Of a stretch of 20,000 nt of DNA, positions 1 through 8,807 are shown piece after piece. Numbering within the stretch: the first letter of the stretch is position 1; each line of letters starts with the position of its first letter. This stretch comes from an uncultured virus (IMG/VR IMGVR_UViG_3300027741_000054) (Duplodnaviria; Heunggongvirae; Uroviricota; Caudoviricetes), in the IMG/VR virus record IMGVR_UViG_3300027741_000054, one strand, 5' to 3'. Both the position numbers and the translations under genes were made by a program. Under the pieces are notes generated by a model. That model was not told the origin of the DNA, did no database searches, and was given only the letters and a program-made list of their open reading frames with translations.

Positions 1-1000
1 TATTCTGATCCATCAAACGTTTTGCAATCTCAATATTCTGAGCATCAAACGCCTGCAAAGCTTGAATAGATTCAGCTTTGTTGGCTTCAAACATAATCCG
101 ACGTTTTTTATTGACGTACTCTGTGGTAGATTTTGCTTCTTCGCTTGCATACTTGGGATCGTTTGTAAGTTCGTCCCACTTCTTTTGGTAATCTGGAATC
201 AACTGACCTAAGTTTGCTCTGTCCTCAAACTCACCCAAAGATGTTCCCAGTTCTGACTTTAAATAGTCATCATGTCTTTTAGCAACTGATTGCGTAACTG
301 TTGACAAAGAAGCTGCAAGTTTTTCGTCGCGGTTACCTAAAGCCATATAACGTTTATTGACGTCATCAATTTTATTTCGCAAAGCCTCGGGGCTTAAACC
401 ATCAACTTTTGTAAAGTTAATTTCGTTGATAAGGTCAATCGCTTGGCCTTGAGTTTTAACATTTGTACGATCTTGATCTAATTGACGTTTTGTCGAAACT
501 AGGGACATAGCATTCTTGTATACGTCGTTCCGTTGTTTAGAACTAAGAATAGATCCGGCCATTTTGTTCGTCCATTCAATAAGTTTGGTAGGGTCATCGC
601 TTTCAAGAGCTATTCTTCCCTCGTTCTCCATTGTGCTGGCAGCAAGATCCTGTTCCCGATCCGATTGTTTTTGTTCGAGATCTTGTAGAGTTTTAAGTTG
701 GTCCCACTTAAACTTGCGTTCGTCTAAATCCCTGTCCAAAGCTTTGGACTGTGCGGCTGCTTGCGCTCTAACCATTTCGCTAGCATTTTGAGCATCGGCT
801 GCCGCAATCCGAGCCGTATTAATCTGAGCTTCTTGAGCTCGGTTTGCAGCCTGTTGGTCTAACTGGGCATAAGACAAGGCCAGTCTATTTTGCTCTTGTT
901 GATCTTGTTGAAACAATTGTTGTTTCTTCAAGTAGTTTTCACGCAAATCGCCAATGATTCCGCGAACCTGGTTCACATAGTCTGGAGCTACTGGTGTCAT
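1..1000 (-). CDS. Probable internal virion (ejection) protein, coiled-coil rich; 3' end runs off the window
   Basis: Not in the ORF track. ATG at 1000, 3 nt after the stop of 1004..2467; my translation stays open to the edge (MTPVAPDYVNQVRGIIGDLRENYLKKQQLFQQDQQEQ...RLMDQN). Q/A/E-rich and helical-looking; function inferred from position after the tail genes. Confidence 0.7.
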   Translation of the reverse strand, partial: MTPVAPDYVNQVRGIIGDLRENYLKKQQLFQQDQQEQNRLALSYAQLDQQAANRAQEAQINTARIAAADAQNASEMVRAQAAAQSKALDRDLDERKFKWDQLKTLQDLEQKQSDREQDLAASTMENEGRIALESDDPTKLIEWTNKMAGSILSSKQRNDVYKNAMSLVSTKRQLDQDRTNVKTQGQAIDLINEINFTKVDGLSPEALRNKIDDVNKRYMALGNRDEKLAASLSTVTQSVAKRHDDYLKSELGTSLGEFEDRANLGQLIPDYQKKWDELTNDPKYASEEAKSTTEYVNKKRRIMFEANKAESIQALQAFDAQNIEIAKRLMDQN

Positions 1001-1003
1001 AAA

Positions 1004-2467
1004 TTAAGCCATCAATTGTGGCACATAGGCTGATCCTGTCCAGTTCTGTGCTTGCTGTTGTGCTTGCTGTTGCATTTGCGCAACAAGTGCTTTTCCTGCC
1101 GGTCCTCTTAGCCGAGAGATTGGAATATCTACCCCACCCATATTAATGCTGGTAACAGAACTCGCGCCACCTAGTCCGGGAAGATTGGGTCTTGTGTCTG
1201 AATATTCACCTGGTTTGAACGACACGTACTGACCTTTCTTAATATCAAACTGACCTGGCAATGCCTGACTCTGCCAAGCGTTAAGGGCATTGGAATTTGA
1301 AATTTGGCTATTGTATTGAGCTTGGTCGATCAAAGCTCCAAACACCAGATTTGGGGGAACCATTTTATTGGCTTCAAATTGAGCTCGAGCCAGGGTAGAT
1401 TGTTGGGCCATATTTGCCATATTGTTATATACATCGGAAGGTTTTACGTAAACCGCATTAAAAATTGTATTTGGATCTACGTGATTGTAGTTGGCGATTG
1501 TACTGAAGATAGTGGCGGGATTCGTAATCAATTGGTTTACAAATTCGGCTCCACTGACTGGCATTATTTCGCGTCCAACTGTTGCAGCAAGTTTGGCTGT
1601 CTGGTCGAGCAATCCAGCTCCAGCCGATTGGAGTTGTAAGCTGGTTAAACCAAGATCTTTGGCAACAATATTCCGACCAATACCGCCACCATAAAGGCCA
1701 GTGGCAAATCCCTTGGCCGCGGAGTTTCGGAAAATCTGATCGACAACATCGGAAGGAATTTTACCAGCAAGATAATTGGATGTAATCTCATTCGTCTTTG
1801 CCATGTTCGCTTTGTAACCAGGCATCGCGGCATCAAATTGATCAATATATTTTTTATTTAAAATCTCGGCCATTTTATTGGCCTGTGCCCCAATTTTTCC
1901 AGGATCATTTAATTGAGCGGCAGCAGCGGCAGCTTGATTGGTAACATCTGAGATTGACGGATTAATCCCGGCAATCATGCTCTTGATTTGAGCTGGACTT
2001 AAATTAAGTTTTTGAGCTGCGGACTTTGCATCTGCAACAAGTTGGTTTTGGTCAACAAAAAAATTAGGATTTACTCCGCTATTAATCTGGTTAAATGTAT
2101 TTCTAAAATTGCCCATCACACCAGAGAGATCAACTCCCTGCATTGTAGGAGCAGCGCCCAAGAAAAATTCAACTGGTGTTGCTTGAGCTTGACTGGCTCC
2201 GGAAAGCCCAGCGCCAAGGCGTGATCCGGCAGAACCGCCACCCCCGCCAAAAACATTTTTGGCTGGAGTGCGAACACCGCCAGTATCCTTGTACTGGCTC
2301 GAATTCGGCATATTAGCCCACAAGCTTCCTGGTCCTGGGGCAGAAACCTGTTCAAAAGTTTGCCGACTAGCCGGAGAACTCATATACGCATTCCAGGCGG
2401 CATCGCCACTAGAATAAGAAGGAGCGGCTCCCCCACCACCCAGATAATCATAAACCATATTAGCCAT
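1004..2467 (-). CDS. Probable internal virion / DNA ejection protein (487 aa)
   Basis: Long ORF, G/A/Q/N-rich and Cys-free, located after the adaptor-like gene where podoviruses often encode ejection proteins. Confidence 0.6.
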   Translation of the reverse strand: MANMVYDYLGGGGAAPSYSSGDAAWNAYMSSPASRQTFEQVSAPGPGSLWANMPNSSQYKDTGGVRTPAKNVFGGGGGSAGSRLGAGLSGASQAQATPVEFFLGAAPTMQGVDLSGVMGNFRNTFNQINSGVNPNFFVDQNQLVADAKSAAQKLNLSPAQIKSMIAGINPSISDVTNQAAAAAAQLNDPGKIGAQANKMAEILNKKYIDQFDAAMPGYKANMAKTNEITSNYLAGKIPSDVVDQIFRNSAAKGFATGLYGGGIGRNIVAKDLGLTSLQLQSAGAGLLDQTAKLAATVGREIMPVSGAEFVNQLITNPATIFSTIANYNHVDPNTIFNAVYVKPSDVYNNMANMAQQSTLARAQFEANKMVPPNLVFGALIDQAQYNSQISNSNALNAWQSQALPGQFDIKKGQYVSFKPGEYSDTRPNLPGLGGASSVTSINMGGVDIPISRLRGPAGKALVAQMQQQAQQQAQNWTGSAYVPQLMA

Positions 2468-2470
2468 AAA

Positions 2471-3700
2471 TTACGCCATGTTGGGAATTTCACCCATTGC
2501 AAACGCTCTCATTTGAACCTGAGGTCGGCCAATGCTGGCTCCGTCTACCTCTCTTAGTTCTTCTTTCAAAAGATCCACAGCTTTTTCCTCGTAAACTTGG
2601 GCTTCAACAAGATTGTTATTTTCTTCTTTTTCGATAGCAATTGCCATCATCTTGAGGGCGCCAAGGTTGGTAACAATAAGATCGTCATCGTCGCCTGTGA
2701 CCGGAATAAACTTACGTTTGGCAAGTACCGTAACGGCAGACCCTTCCTCATTTTCAAAGCCCGGAATTGCATATCGCCTATACTGAGGCAAAGTCTCGTC
2801 GGGCGCAAGTATGGCGATGCAGTATTCGGAACCCGTGGTCGGGTCGACTGCATAGACACGGACCCAACCTTTCGTGGGGCTTTTGTTTATCGCATCGATG
2901 GATCGAAAGGCGTTGACTGTAGTGCGGGGGAGTTCTGTATAAGTTCCAAAATTCCAAACTGATAACCATGGATACTCAGCGGTAGTGCCAAGACTTACAT
3001 CGGAGCCGTAAACACTACTGATAATATACCAAGTAAACCCAGGATCGACAGCCATCGTGACTTCATCAGTAGAGTCTTGCTGATTAATAAATTTATATTT
3101 TGGGTAACCATTTTGTGTTCCTACTTGAAAATAAACTCCATTGTAAGGAGCTCTATTGCCAGTTAACCCAGAAACTAACAGACTGGAACTTACCGAACCA
3201 GAACTTAGGTTCAACCGCTCTCCATCAGCGTAGGCTCCATTTTGAATTGTTTGAATTCGATTGTTATAAGTGTCTGATCCACGAAATAGAATGGTTGAAG
3301 TGGCGTCTTCAATAAGGTCGGTATAAACACGAATAAAACTTTGGTCTGCCAAGGGCCTAAAGCAAGGAACATAACCACGGTCAACGAGCTGACGCCAATC
3401 TCCGGCTTGAAGCATTCCTGGGCCATTAGCCATAAATTCATACCATTGATTATAAACTTGTGCTGGAGATCCCCCAAAATTATATCCTAGGATTGACTCA
3501 AATTCGCGGGGCAGCGTGATGCACCCACCATAAACACAAACAGAATACCGTCCGTAAGTTCCGGCATAAAGTCCCTTATTGAGCAACCTTTCCTGAGCTT
3601 CGTTTACACGAGCCAAAAGTTGAGGATTGTCCGCGCACATCCCGTTCTGGGTAACGCGGGCTAACTGTTGTTTTACCGATCCGTATGTTCTGCGGATCAT
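2471..3700 (-). CDS. Putative head-tail adaptor / tail tubular protein A-like (409 aa) with internal inserted domain
   Basis: N-terminal helix 'LLARVNEAQERLL' followed by 'CITLPREFESI', and C-terminal helical 'ALKMMAIAIEKEE...AQVYEEKAVDLLKEEL', an adaptor-like layout. ATGA overlap with the upstream gene at 3697-3700. Confidence 0.6.
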   Translation of the reverse strand: MIRRTYGSVKQQLARVTQNGMCADNPQLLARVNEAQERLLNKGLYAGTYGRYSVCVYGGCITLPREFESILGYNFGGSPAQVYNQWYEFMANGPGMLQAGDWRQLVDRGYVPCFRPLADQSFIRVYTDLIEDATSTILFRGSDTYNNRIQTIQNGAYADGERLNLSSGSVSSSLLVSGLTGNRAPYNGVYFQVGTQNGYPKYKFINQQDSTDEVTMAVDPGFTWYIISSVYGSDVSLGTTAEYPWLSVWNFGTYTELPRTTVNAFRSIDAINKSPTKGWVRVYAVDPTTGSEYCIAILAPDETLPQYRRYAIPGFENEEGSAVTVLAKRKFIPVTGDDDDLIVTNLGALKMMAIAIEKEENNNLVEAQVYEEKAVDLLKEELREVDGASIGRPQVQMRAFAMGEIPNMA

Positions 3701-4119
3701 GAGTAGTTCCCTACGTAGACTTTATATTTGTATCCGTTGGGGGCGGCTGGAGTGGGTGGAGTTAAAAGTTCTTGCCCCGCCACGGTATAAGTGCTAGATC
3801 CCTCTCCCCATGGGGCGATAACGTTTGATGTTGAATCTACAAGCACCATGTCGCCAAAATTAAATTGAGTAAACTCAAGCCACGATCCATTGACAAAAAG
3901 ATTGACAGTAGACGGCAAACCAGTTTGAGCATTAATCTTAAACCACAATTTGTTTTGATCCGAACCAGTTGGAGTAGAGGAACTAACAACTGCGTAGCGA
4001 AGTTCATCAGGATATTGAACCGAAAGATAGGAAGACAGGGTTGTGAGGAAGTCACCAAAATTTCCAGGATAAGGAGTTCCGGCTGGCACACTACCGGAAG
4101 TAATCGTTATTTCGGCCAT
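3697..4119 (-). CDS. 140-aa virion protein; paralog of the N-terminal domain of 6507..8807
   Basis: AAAGGA SD before the ATG. Aligns by eye with the first ~140 aa of the adhesin (KLWFK/KIWIQ, NGSWLEF/SGTWYEF, GDMVLV/GDIIIV, PWGE/PWGE, YKYKVYVG/FIYKYYIG). Confidence 0.8.
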   Translation of the reverse strand: MAEITITSGSVPAGTPYPGNFGDFLTTLSSYLSVQYPDELRYAVVSSSTPTGSDQNKLWFKINAQTGLPSTVNLFVNGSWLEFTQFNFGDMVLVDSTSNVIAPWGEGSSTYTVAGQELLTPPTPAAPNGYKYKVYVGNYS

Positions 4120-4128
4120 AGATCCTTT

Positions 4129-4156
4129 AGATTAAAGGGTTGCATATTTATGTCAA
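4129..4156 (-). promoter_or_regulatory. sigma70-like promoter TTGACA-N16-TAATCT
   Basis: -35 TTGACA at 4156..4151 (overlaps the upstream TGA stop), 16-nt spacer, -10 TAATCT at 4134..4129. Confidence 0.5.
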
Positions 4157-6510
4157 GGGTAAGCTTGGGAGGTTTGGATATTGAGGGTAGCAGTTCCACT
4201 TAACGCACCATTGTTTGCCGACAAAGTTGAATTTGTACTTGTAGCGGGGTACTGACCCAGAGATCCGCTCACTAAAGTTCGAACCCAACTTCCGGAACTA
4301 TTTGAAAAAGATGTTAAACAGTTATTATCCGCGGAATAAAAATCTTCAGAGCCGTTATAGCAAAACATACCCTGGGCCCGCGGGTAGTATAAATCCAACC
4401 CGCTGATAAAACCATCAGAAATATTGACCCCGTTACCGGTAAAAGACACAATGCGTTGCGGAAGACCTACCCCCCCACTAGCCGAAGCCATTTTACATAC
4501 TCCATTTGTTTCTGGTTGATTGCCTAGAAAAATTGGACTCCCATGGAGGTTAGCAAAAAAGGTGTTGTACGCATTTAGATAATACTGAGTCACTGTTCCG
4601 GAAGAGAATGAATATTTGGCAACCCCGCCCCACCCAACAAATGAAGTAGCGCCAGTAAAGGCTTTTACTCTATATCCAAAGTATACTGAAGAAGAACCAA
4701 CTCCTATTTGACCACAAATTGCATGATCGTTGGAGGCGGAAACCGCACTCCCGTTATTAACAAGTAAATTACCATTAAGAAGAAGTAATGTTGAGACGGA
4801 ACTGGTTGATATGTTTATCGCTCTTAGATATCCATTCCCGCTATTTCCAAGTTGGGTGTCTACTCTATCAGCTACAACTATAACTGCCCCAACTATACGA
4901 ATGGAAAAAGGGTCACTAAATCTGGCTGCTGTACCTACAGCATTAACAAATCCCGAAACAAGAACACTCCCAGCAAAAGTTGTGACTACACCAGCCGAAG
5001 TTATTTTACGAACCGCACAACCATCTAGCACGTATATATTTCCAGAAGAATCGACCGTGATTGATTTTAAGTCTGTGAATCGAGCTGCTCCACCAGTTCC
5101 ATCTTGTGTCCCAGAATTTCCTGGTGATCCGGCAAAAACGGTAGCTCCGGACGCTTCATTCACATATTTTCGAACAACATAATTATTACGATCAGTTATG
5201 TAGGTACCATTTGAGGTTGTCACAATATCCGAAGTATCATTAAAACGTACATTTTGTTTAGTACTTGAATTAGCATAACCGCTAGCCCCAGGAGCTGTAA
5301 GCGGTATAGCTGCGGAGCCCGAGATAACTCCCGTAATCTGGTCGATACTCAATCCAGGGGGAAGCGGAGAGGCACCAAAAACAACAGGGGATTTTGTAGC
5401 TGTAATAGTATAAGGACTCATCGGAGAATATGGGGCTAAAAGTATAGGAGTTAGAGAACTCGTAATTACGGGTCTTTGCTGTAAAGATAAGGTAACGTTT
5501 TGTTGCCCAGACCCAAAAGAGTTTGTCGCAGAAACCCCAATAACAACTGTAATTATAGAGTCATTAGAGGAAGACGTCGGTGTTCCACTTATTAAACCGG
5601 TACTAGTGTTGACAGATAAACCTGTGGGTAAGTTCGTTGCCCCGTAAGAAAGAATAGCGGTTGGAGAAGAAGCAGTAATTTGATATGAAAAAGCTGTGGC
5701 CATTTCACTGGTCTTGGAGTTTGAACTTGTTATCGTTGGAACTATTCCGACAGTAACATTTAGAGTAGCGTTTCCCGTAAGGTATCCATTATCTGCTGAT
5801 AACCCAATATTGGTAGACTGGGGGAGGGATCCTGCGGGAATAACTGGAGCACCAGAAATTATTCCAGTAGATGTATCAATACTTAACCCAGAAGGAAGCG
5901 GAATAGCATTAAATGATATTGGAGACTTAGAGGCTGTGATTGTATAGGGAGTAATTGGAATACCTGAAAAATAAGTCAGGGGGGTCAAAGAACTTGTAAT
6001 AACGGGACGTTGCTGAAGAGAAAAAGTTAAATATTGATTTCCTGTTCCGCTAGCATTTACCGCACTTAATGTTGTAATAACTGTAACTACAGCGTCATTA
6101 GAAGCCGATGTAGGAGTCCCAGTTATTAATCCGGTACCAGTGTCAACGGATAGACCGGAGGGAAGATTTGTGGCCCCATAAGAAAGAATAGCGGTGGAAG
6201 AAAAAGCAGTAATTTGATACGAGAAAGCTGTGGCCATCTCATGCGTCACTGCGTCAGCGCTGGTTATGAAAGGAGTTGGAGGAGCATTAACTGTAAGGTC
6301 AAGAATTGTGGCACTTGTCCCCCCGGCGCTACGGCAAAGAACAGTAACCGCAAATCTTCCTACCTGTTGTAACATCCCACTTATAACTCCGGAACTAGAT
6401 ATACTTAACGACTCAGGTAAATTTTCTGCCGTGAAAAAAATTGCGTTAGGAGCCGTTAAGGTACGAGAATACGGATAACCGGCAAATCTATTTTCGTAGG
6501 TAATTGTCAT
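4153..6510 (-). CDS. Ig-like (He_PIG-type) repeat protein with NHL-type beta-propeller; putative adhesin/tail appendage (785 aa)
   Basis: Five repeats of the 'LPxxLSxxxxxGxIxG' putative-Ig pattern, plus NHL-like repeats (YITDRNNYVVRK, GTGGAARFTDLKSITVDSSGNIYV, AVGTAARFSDPFSI). Start moved from 6537 to ATG 6510 because of the ATGA overlap with the upstream stop. Confidence 0.8.
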   Translation of the reverse strand: MTITYENRFAGYPYSRTLTAPNAIFFTAENLPESLSISSSGVISGMLQQVGRFAVTVLCRSAGGTSATILDLTVNAPPTPFITSADAVTHEMATAFSYQITAFSSTAILSYGATNLPSGLSVDTGTGLITGTPTSASNDAVVTVITTLSAVNASGTGNQYLTFSLQQRPVITSSLTPLTYFSGIPITPYTITASKSPISFNAIPLPSGLSIDTSTGIISGAPVIPAGSLPQSTNIGLSADNGYLTGNATLNVTVGIVPTITSSNSKTSEMATAFSYQITASSPTAILSYGATNLPTGLSVNTSTGLISGTPTSSSNDSIITVVIGVSATNSFGSGQQNVTLSLQQRPVITSSLTPILLAPYSPMSPYTITATKSPVVFGASPLPPGLSIDQITGVISGSAAIPLTAPGASGYANSSTKQNVRFNDTSDIVTTSNGTYITDRNNYVVRKYVNEASGATVFAGSPGNSGTQDGTGGAARFTDLKSITVDSSGNIYVLDGCAVRKITSAGVVTTFAGSVLVSGFVNAVGTAARFSDPFSIRIVGAVIVVADRVDTQLGNSGNGYLRAINISTSSVSTLLLLNGNLLVNNGSAVSASNDHAICGQIGVGSSSVYFGYRVKAFTGATSFVGWGGVAKYSFSSGTVTQYYLNAYNTFFANLHGSPIFLGNQPETNGVCKMASASGGVGLPQRIVSFTGNGVNISDGFISGLDLYYPRAQGMFCYNGSEDFYSADNNCLTSFSNSSGSWVRTLVSGSLGQYPATSTNSTLSANNGALSGTATLNIQTSQAYP

Positions 6511-8335
6511 ATTGTTATGGAATTTGAACTTGTCCAAGAATTTCTGGCTGTGTTAGAAATCACAGTTTTAAAAGGAAGCCCATAGTCACCATTTACACTA
6601 GCAGCTGCAATATAAGCTACTTCGCCAGAATTTGATGTGTCAACCTCGCTTAATTGGGTCCCAATGTAATATTGAGGGAGAGCAGGATTATTTGATAAAA
6701 AAGTGTCCGACGTCCACGTAATACCATTTGTTGAGGAATAAGCTCCAAACCCTCCCCCCTCAATGTTCCACCAAAATTTTCCAGCACGAAATACAATTCT
6801 TATATTACCTGAACTATTGCCTGTGGGTACTGTGTAAGAAGTCCAATTTAAACCATCGGTTGACCTATAATAGGTTGCAGTAACAGTAGCCAACTCGGGC
6901 ATCCCAATAAAGACTGCATTTCCAGCTGCAACATAAGGTTCACTGAAGGATGGATTTGAGACAAAAGGAGCATTATAATACGCCCAGCTAATACCGTCAG
7001 TAGAAACTGCGGCAGACTTGGCTGTCGTAACTGTTCTTCGACCAGTCCTAAGAGCTACTCCACTTATTGTATCGCAATTCGCTAGAGAATCATCACTAGT
7101 GCTCCCTGCTCCTCCACCCGCATTTGTCCATGTGGTTTTATCGGAAGAATACATAGTGCTACCAGCGCTGTTACCTGCGCCAAACAATAAATATTTTCCA
7201 TTAAAATACGTCAATGTATTATTAGATACATTGCTAAAATTTCCTGTGGGAACAATTCTAGTCCAACTGGTTCCGTTGCTTGTGCTAAATACTACGCCTG
7301 GGGTACCAGCAACAAAGGGGTTGGACGTTATAAAAACCCACTCAGTGCCGTTATATACTGACTCAAGATTATTACTAAGTTGGAACCCGGGGGAACTTGT
7401 GAGTAAAGATTTGGTCCAAGCAACTTTATCTGTAGACGTATATACATACCAAGGCGCAGTCGGGGAGCTCCCCGAATAAGGAAGTTGCAATACAAAATAA
7501 GTAGATCCTATTTTAAAAACTCCCCTAGGGTAGGTTACTATATTTGCGGCAACACCAGCCACGGTCAAGGTAACGGGGAGAGAGCCTGTGCCAGTCGCAT
7601 TTGTGGCTGAAACACCGGCCGAAATGGATCCATATGGGGGCCCGCTTATCTGACCCGTAATTGCTCCGGTAGAAGAATTTAAAGATAGTGGGGCAGGAAA
7701 ACTAGTGGCCCCATAACTTGTGGGCGAAGGTGTTCCGCTAGTCGTAATTTGATAAGAAAAATTCTGTAAATATGTGGCTGTTGCCGTAGAAGGGGAAGTA
7801 ATAACTGGGACTTCATTTACAGTTATTGGTAAAGTTGCGCTACCAGTAAGTACTGCATTTGTAGCGCTAATAATAGTACTATAACTTCCTGAAGAACCTA
7901 CTTGGGGAGTTCCAGATATAATTCCAGTGTTTGTATTGACACTCAACCCAGCGGGAAGTGGGGAGGCATTAAATGAAGTTGCAGATTTTGTAGCTGTGAT
8001 TGTGTACGGGGTAATAGCGGTACCAACAGTAAAGACACGCGGAGTCAAGGAACTCGTAATCACTGGGCGCTGCTGAAGGGTAATAACCACATCTTGGAAG
8101 CCAATTCCGACGCCGCTTGCAGCACTTATAGTCGCTGTTGTTACAACAGTTGGACTATTCGAGGCGGAAGTTGGAGTTCCGCTTATTAACCCAGTACTGG
8201 TATTAACGGATAATCCAGAGGGAAGACCACTTGCCCCGTATAAAAGAATTGGAATAGTAGACGAAGCAGTAATTTGATACGAGAAAGCTGTATTCATCTC
8301 TTGAGTAGTTGTACTAGGACTGGTGATGACTGGGC
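5310..8335 (-). repeat. Three copies of a two-Ig-domain module (~5310-5740, ~5750-6275, ~7815-8335) across two genes
   Basis: Protein repeat EMxTAFSYQITA...LQQRPVITSSLTP...PYTITAxKS. A 28-nt stretch (aagcagtaatttgatacgagaaagctgt) is identical at 6204-6231 and 8264-8291 and 26/28 identical at 5670-5697. Confidence 0.9.
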
Positions 8336-8807
8336 TCGGAACATTTGGGACAGGAGTTATAGGCGAAGGGTCGGGTTGTGCTATTTGAGCTCCAATATAA
8401 TACTTATATATAAATCCTACTGGGGGCGTTGGCAGGACTGGGACTGTGAAATTAGATTTCCCAAATGGCGACATATCATAAGTTAACCCGGACTCCCCCC
8501 ATGGGAAAGTTACTACACTGTCATCCGGGACAATAATAATATCTCCTCTATTTAAAGTTGAAAATTCATACCAAGTGCCAGAAACATAACTTCGCAATGC
8601 CGGGGTAAGTAAGTTTGCTGATGGAGTTTGAATCCAAATTTTATCGTCATTTTCAAAATTTGGTATTGTGGTTCCTCTTACGTAAATATTCTCAACATCC
8701 GTTCTTTCTACGTGGGCATTTAACGCTACGTGGTCAACAGTATCCTGAACAGTTCGAGGATAATCGTCAAACCCAGGAGGATTAAAATAGACAGAATACT
8801 CGCTCAT
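6507..8807 (-). CDS. Adhesin/tail appendage: N-terminal anchor-like domain, Pro linker, 3 Ig-like repeats, Asp-box (BNR-like) beta-propeller (766 aa)
   Basis: Three He_PIG-like repeats, then ~7 SxDGxxW-type motifs (TSTDKVAW, STSNGTSW, YSSDKTTW, VSTDGISW, RSTDGLNW, SSTNGITW, degenerate SNTARNSW). Start set at 8807 from the ATGA overlap. Confidence 0.8.
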   Translation of the reverse strand: MSEYSVYFNPPGFDDYPRTVQDTVDHVALNAHVERTDVENIYVRGTTIPNFENDDKIWIQTPSANLLTPALRSYVSGTWYEFSTLNRGDIIIVPDDSVVTFPWGESGLTYDMSPFGKSNFTVPVLPTPPVGFIYKYYIGAQIAQPDPSPITPVPNVPSPVITSPSTTTQEMNTAFSYQITASSTIPILLYGASGLPSGLSVNTSTGLISGTPTSASNSPTVVTTATISAASGVGIGFQDVVITLQQRPVITSSLTPRVFTVGTAITPYTITATKSATSFNASPLPAGLSVNTNTGIISGTPQVGSSGSYSTIISATNAVLTGSATLPITVNEVPVITSPSTATATYLQNFSYQITTSGTPSPTSYGATSFPAPLSLNSSTGAITGQISGPPYGSISAGVSATNATGTGSLPVTLTVAGVAANIVTYPRGVFKIGSTYFVLQLPYSGSSPTAPWYVYTSTDKVAWTKSLLTSSPGFQLSNNLESVYNGTEWVFITSNPFVAGTPGVVFSTSNGTSWTRIVPTGNFSNVSNNTLTYFNGKYLLFGAGNSAGSTMYSSDKTTWTNAGGGAGSTSDDSLANCDTISGVALRTGRRTVTTAKSAAVSTDGISWAYYNAPFVSNPSFSEPYVAAGNAVFIGMPELATVTATYYRSTDGLNWTSYTVPTGNSSGNIRIVFRAGKFWWNIEGGGFGAYSSTNGITWTSDTFLSNNPALPQYYIGTQLSEVDTSNSGEVAYIAAASVNGDYGLPFKTVISNTARNSWTSSNSITI

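Noticed and set aside
5696..6478. Two plus-strand ORFs both starting 'MAIS', and other antisense ORFs (4730, 7018, 10107, 11048, 19564)
   Set aside because: They mirror the minus-strand genes and their Ig duplication; a coherent minus-strand gene set already tiles the window.
5670..8291. Possible diversity-generating retroelement TR/VR pair among the repeats
   Set aside because: Differences are not adenine-specific, all copies lie in coding Ig domains, and there is no reverse transcriptase in the window.
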